This document shows positions 54,301 to 64,000 of a stretch of 64,000 bases of DNA, piece by piece. The translations under genes were made by a program, and so were the position numbers. Under the pieces are notes generated by a model, which worked only from the letters and a program-made list of their open reading frames with translations, was not told where the DNA came from and did no database searches. Within the stretch, counting starts at the first letter, position 1. Each line of letters opens with the position of its first letter. Where the stretch lies: contig JAQGDQ010000133.1 of the NCBI GenBank assembly GCA_030141605.1, positions 1 to 64,000 of the forward strand. Reading direction: 5' to 3'. Origin of the DNA: Tubiluchus corallicola. Taxonomy: Eukaryota > Animalia > Priapulida.

Positions 54301-56801
54301 CAGAATAAAATCTGCTAGTTTAAATCAGAATAAAAGCTGTAAAGCAGTAATCAGAATAAAAGCTGCATTGAGTATGTATCCATGTATCTAAGTATTTTTA
54401 TTCTGATGTTAACAAGATGTGGCAGAATGTATTAAAAAGAAGTTCTTCCTTTACTGGGGCCATTTTTGAAGTGTAAAACTATTTTCTATCTTCTAATTTC
54501 CATTTACCATCGCAGTTAGCTCTCATCATCACTATGGTTAAAACGTGGTTAATTATTTAATGTTTTTACTTTCTTAACCAGCTGTTTTATTTGCCTCCAT
54601 TTTCTTGCATCTAACCAATTAATTTAATGACTTAATGAGATAATTTTATCAGCTTAATAGCTTTTTCATTGATTATAATTCATTTCCTGATTGGCTAGCA
54701 GTTGTTTCTGTTGCAGAACAACCCTCATTACTATTCATGGTCTTTTCATAATTAATGCCTAACCACTTCAGAGATATTGGCTCTGCAATTCACCTAAGTT
54801 GACGGTTGTAACAACTAAAAGTTAAGTGAAGCAATTAGCCTAAATACTAATTTCTGAATTACAATTAAATTTAAAATGCACTATATACAGTTTAAAATTA
54901 TTATAAGATTAAGAAGTGACTGGGTCAAGTAAATCCAGGTTTCTCGTTTCCTTGTGAGTGGGAAAAGCTAAGTCAGCACAGTTTGTGCTTGTTGAGCAAT
55001 GTAAGTCAGTGCCTAGTCTAGTCGCTAAATGGATGGGTGATATGTTGGAAAATTACTTCTAGGTAATTAATGCTTAGAAGTCCTCCTCGTTATTCTAGTT
55101 ATTTATTGCCTCAAGGTGGATTTATATACATTAAAAAGCCCCTGCCACTTCGATGTCTCAGATGGTCAGCTTTGATAAATACAAAGATGCCAATCCAGCC
55201 ACTATTATCAACATAATAAATAAGCACTCGTTGAGCGCTGGATCCCTGCTTGCAGAGTGTCGAATACTTTATATAAAAGTAGATGTTATGATATAGCTAA
55301 CCACGCCCACTTTTGAGATGACACGTAGCTTTAATGCGCTGAGCAGAATCAAACCAACAAAAATTTAGGCCAAAGGTCAGGATTTTCAATTTGTTCAATA
55401 AAAAGTTAAACGAGTCTGAAATAAATGTAAAAACAAGTTATTTAGCCATCACCCTAAACGCTCTGCAGGAATACTTCCCACGTCATACACTGCAGAAACA
55501 GGATGATTCACACTACGTTTCGCAGAATGTCAATAATGTTTTACTTACTCTCGTCTCCTACAGTCTGACTAGTTCGGTGCTGGAGGCTAATTGCATGAAA
55601 CTTGTAGCTACCATTCCCCCTGGAAAAATGTCTCGCGTTTACAAGCTACTTGTAAATTGTTTATTCAATGATTTGCTGTGCTAGTCTTCTAGTATTTGAT
55701 TTTGAAAACAGTAGAGAGAGCACCTGTAACTACGGTGTGATGTTTGCATCTGCATTCTACAGTACCAGTCAAGTAGTCATAAGTGTGTAACTAGTATTGT
55801 TTATGTAATTGCTAACTTCATATCAGCCCTCTGTTGTAGAATGGTTTGATACATAGTTTGGCATACTGTAAACGGAAATAAGCACGTTAATGTAAATGCT
55901 TGAAGTGGGACCAGATTTTACCATATGTGAATTTGCTAATTAGAGAAAAACCAAACATGTAATTTCCAGGTAATCACCCATCCACTTATTGATTAGGCTC
56001 ACTGCGTAGTGTATTCAACTAATAATCCAAATTAGTTTACTGAGCGGGCCCAATACTATGCTACTATCATATCACCACGGCCACTCATGTATTCGCCCGA
56101 TTCCATTCATTCGATATGTTCGAGTGCAGCTGTTACGCAGGTAACACTACTGTTCAGCTGTGCCTGTTACCCAGGTGACAAACACTGCTGGCTGCTAAGT
56201 AACAGGTGTAATGACAGAGCATACCAATCATTACTTACTTGATCAATGACATTTTGTGTATGAGCACAATTTACTTTGCTGTCACCAACGGAATGCATTA
56301 TTAATTGTCAAGCGCTGGTAAAGGTGTGGCGTTTCAACAACTAGGCAACTAGACATCATGAATTACTATAGCTCGTTTAAGAAACCTAGAATATAACGCT
56401 TTAATTTAACTATAAATCACAAGTATGAACACAAGTCCAGAGAAATAGGATTCTTGTAACTACACGTAATTTGTTAGTGATGGGAGGTACAATGGGCATC
56501 ATCATGGATCTTGACAGATTCGGAAAATGCTACTTATGATTAGTATCATAATATACATTGTATCATCACAGATTTGGAAAATGCTACTTATCATTAGTAT
56601 CATAATATGCATTGTTTTATAAATTAACGCCTAGGATGTATTTTTATGACTTTCTGTTTAGCCATTTGCAAAACATCGTATGAAAGAAATGATTTCTTTT
56701 TTTTCAGACTGGTAACCTACACAGATGGAAAACATAACCTGCATCTGAAGTATGCTGATGAATTCAACAAAATAGTGGAAGATTTTTTATTACATAAGTG
56801 A
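42365..56801 (+). CDS. BPHL: Valacyclovir hydrolase / biphenyl hydrolase-like alpha/beta serine hydrolase, 291 aa, 7 exons
   Basis: Exons 42365-42471, 43692-43789, 45352-45518, 47227-47380, 48145-48305, 48625-48719, 56708-56801 (876 nt, phases consistent). Motifs VNGV, LPGALGS, AWDPRGYGNSRPP, GWSDGG (catalytic Ser), HGAKDP (Asp) and GKHNLHL (His). Confidence 0.93.
42490..43560 (+). mobile_element. Old frameshifted LINE fragment in BPHL intron 1, same family as 41517-42168
   Basis: Broken frames give KLKLHETVALPAIL, TPYWGLVMETRLWP, KKSEWKKSVK, KLRFLH, HIRLIMI and TNEHLFEC, paralleling the upstream LINE ORF. Confidence 0.8.
49920..50600. mobile_element. Degenerate hAT-like MITE with GACTCG subterminal repeats
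   Basis: CAGTGTT start with clustered gactcg/gacttg motifs at about 49940-50010 and 50535-50592. Confidence 0.4.
51176..51905 (+). mobile_element. Helentron-associated non-autonomous element (HINE/DINE-1-like) with internal ~145-bp tandem repeats
   Basis: Sub-terminal inverted repeats ATCCTCTCGC and GCGAGGAGGAT; short CCGT/TCGT microsatellite near the 5' end; about 4 tandem units containing CCCATCAATAGAG...CCTrTCGATTTT...AAGGTCA...GAAAAAGCTT. Confidence 0.75.
53905..53990 (+). mobile_element. SINE head with tRNA A-box-like and 5S rRNA-like segments (degenerate; related pieces near 15330, 36360, 54980, 55960)
   Basis: GAAGTTAAGAATAGCACCGAGCCTGGTTAGTAAGTAAATGGG resembles the 5S internal control region GAAGCTAAGCAGGGTCGGGCCTGGTTAGTACTTGGATGGG, preceded by AGCCAAGTGGT. 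Confidence 0.5.
54300..54366. repeat. Three ~25-bp tandem repeats (CAGAATAAAAkCTG)
   Basis: cagaataaaa at about 54301, 54326 and 54352. Confidence 0.7.
56514..56615. repeat. 54-bp tandem duplication
   Basis: ACAGATTyGGAAAATGCTACTTATsATTAGTATCATAATATrCATTGT at 56514 and 56568. Confidence 0.9.
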
Positions 56802-59644
56802 CTAGTCTCCTATCTGTAAATCCATCTGGTTTAATAATTTCGTTTATTAGTATACAAAGCTGATTGACAGTTAGGTAGTTTTTTGTACCAAAGTACTGTG
56901 ATTATTTCTTATAGGTGAACGTATTATTAACAAGAGCATTTCTGCTTTGTGTTGTTATAATTATATTATAAAACGAGTAGTCCTCATTTAAAATGGGACC
57001 AGAATAGTAAGAATACATATTAATAGTTAGTATGAAATACACTTTAATTGTTGCACTGAAGAACCTGTAAACTGTAATTTTAAACCAGCATTATATAAAC
57101 GGTGAGATTATATGGTATGCACATGTACACAGTATTCCTGACAGGCATATATTATATACATGTGATATGTAATCACTAAAGGATAGTAAGAATGCTGATT
57201 TTTGGTGACAGTGGCTTGCATATAGTTAGTCACTTTTCGTGATTTCTCATTCTGTTATACGCATCTGTGACTGTGGTATGTATGATTTGAATTTTGACTA
57301 TTATATTTTTGTGTACTTGCAACAATATATATTGAATCAATTATGCAAAAAAAAACTTGAAGGTGATTAATAAAGTAATCAAGTTAAAAATGTTATTTCT
57401 GTTGTTTGCAGTCCAACTTCGATGCATTGTAGACATTTAATATACCCACAAACCGAAAAATACCATATACTATAATTGTAGATTGTGATACAGTACTCCT
57501 AATACGTTATTGCATAACTAGACAAGTGACATAGGTGTTTTGGATGAACTCGCAAAATGTAATTGTTCTCAATTAATAATTAAACACAGGACAATACAGG
57601 CACGGGTATTTTTTCACTACCTTGTTATCTGCAGCACAGATGTGGACGAACCACTTGTTTTTTAAAAGTGTAATGACTTCTCCATTCTCAGAACACTGAA
57701 CAGACAGGTTAACAAGAGAACAAAAACAGGTTGTTAGTGCAGCACATTTGTAACCGCTCACATGTTTGCACACTAAATAATTGCTCTTGAGTAAACACTC
57801 ATGCATGCAGCAAATATTGTGCCTTTCAATTAGCTACTGGGAGGTCTGATGAGACTTAAGAAATGAGCTTTGCTTGGACACAGCACCAATATACGTGTGG
57901 CAGAGCATATTAAGCACATACTATAATCAGTGTATTTAATTTTGAAAAAACTTAACTTTAAAACATTAACTTCAATATTATTATAAGTGATGGAATAAAC
58001 CCACAATTGGTAAATTTTTAAGCCAAACTTTCCTTGAAAGAAATGCGAGAAAGTATAATATCTAGCTACTGTATAAGAATGAAGGATTGAATTAGGGCCT
58101 ATTATGATCTCTGGAGCAGAGTAGTGTAACAGCCATGACATCCGCCTTGTTAGTAAGAAGTACCTGGTTTAAATTCGGGCAGTATTCAGATGTTTCCACA
58201 ACTCCTTTCGAAGTAAATTCAAAATCCTAAATTCACTTACCCTACTTCAATTAGGATATTTTGTGCAAAAGTGACAATGGAGTTAAATGGTCAGTCGGTT
58301 AAAAAGGCCCTTCTACTATAAACTATTTCCTCTTATGCTTGTTACCAAAAAGTGCAATAACACATTATTCAATAAAATAATCCATCATTCTTACAGTCTG
58401 TAATCACAGTTCATTGCTATCACAATGAGAAGGTCCCTGCTGTTGTTGTAGCCTGCAAGGCATGTTTGAGTTCTTTCTATTCCCTCCATGATTTCATATT
58501 GATTTCAAGACAGTTTCTTTGCTGAGGAGATGCTAGCTGTAACAGCACTGCTGCCTAAACGATTATTATTGACCACGAGCATTTGCAAACTTCTATAAAA
58601 CCATCAATAAAATATTGATTCTTGTAATAAGCACTACCATTTGGCTTTTTAATGATGGCAAATTATAAAAACTTAAGAGTTTTGTTTTCATTTACTAATG
58701 TGAAAAATCGAGACAAGTTTTTCCAGTTCTAAACATACTCTACTCTTTATGTATGCGTGGCATTGCTTTTAATTGTTGACATGACCCTGCGACTCAACAG
58801 TTGCCAATAAGCAACAGTCGCCATTCCAAAATTAGTATTGCTAAACTGTAAACTGGACTGGTTGTTATCAAACTCACATTCACTATGAAAATTACACTTT
58901 GCAAAAAACAAACTCAAATCGGGCATAAGAGAACATGCTTTTATTAGCAAATACAGAGGACAGGTCTTTCCATACTTGTAGAATTGTGTACAAGTAGCCA
59001 TAATGAATTTTTTACATGATTACGAGACACCATAAATGACTAACAAATCGAGTTCTATAAATGCAGAATCACAGATCAGTACAGCAAAGCACAAATATCA
59101 TGCAAAGAGAACTGTTATTAACTACCTCACAATATATCGGACTCGTAATTAATTCAACTACATTATTCAAAGAAAAAACTGGTAGGTTGTATAAAGAAGT
59201 TAAGCTATCAACAATTTAACAATTGCACAATTTTATGTTAACATGATACATTAAAATTGGTCAACGGAAATTGTGAAATTTTTTTTACAAAAGCTTTGAT
59301 CATGATAAAAAAGACAGCATCAAAATTTCAACAACTGAAAAAATTCAGAGTCACAAGATCTAAAATGATTTTTTCCAAAGATGAAAATTAAGCAGTACCA
59401 TTTACATAACAATTATTGGCACAGCTTACCATGATTAGCAGCAAATTTATATTCATCATATATATAAATTAAAGAGAAAACAAATTTCACAATGATATAT
59501 CTTATACACAGCAAAAAGTTACAATAAGATGTTTATATTCCGTTTTTCAACATTACTTGATTTCACGATTATGTGGGAGCTGTCCTGGTATTTTAAGCAG
59601 AAATATTACCTCTGGCAGTGCTAATAATAATAAGAGAAACGTGC

Positions 59645-64000
<4,356 letters not shown>

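Overview
AT-rich, intron-containing animal (invertebrate-type) genomic DNA; no prokaryotic operons or CRISPR arrays. I could reconstruct five protein-coding genes by hand with GT-AG introns and consistent reading frames: (1) a 616-aa single-pass leucine-rich-repeat membrane protein (minus, 7650-15054); (2) an unrecognised ~130-aa secreted, prohormone-like peptide (minus, 23766-24158); (3) anoctamin-10/TMEM16K (plus, 14 coding exons, 665 aa); (4) BPHL/valacyclovir hydrolase (plus, 7 exons, 291 aa); (5) a beta-tubulin (minus, 6 exons, 446 aa). The rest is rich in transposon remnants: a long foldback Sola2-like element, hAT, pogo/Tigger and CACTA-like MITEs, Helentron-type HINEs, two related LINE fragments and a 5S/tRNA-like SINE family, plus mini- and microsatellites. 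The best candidate for something undescribed is the orphan secreted peptide, which has an internal IIP[IL]DVS repeat, a decayed extra copy of that repeat downstream, and an orphan LRR receptor nearby on the same strand. Family assignments come from remembered sequences and motifs, not database searches.
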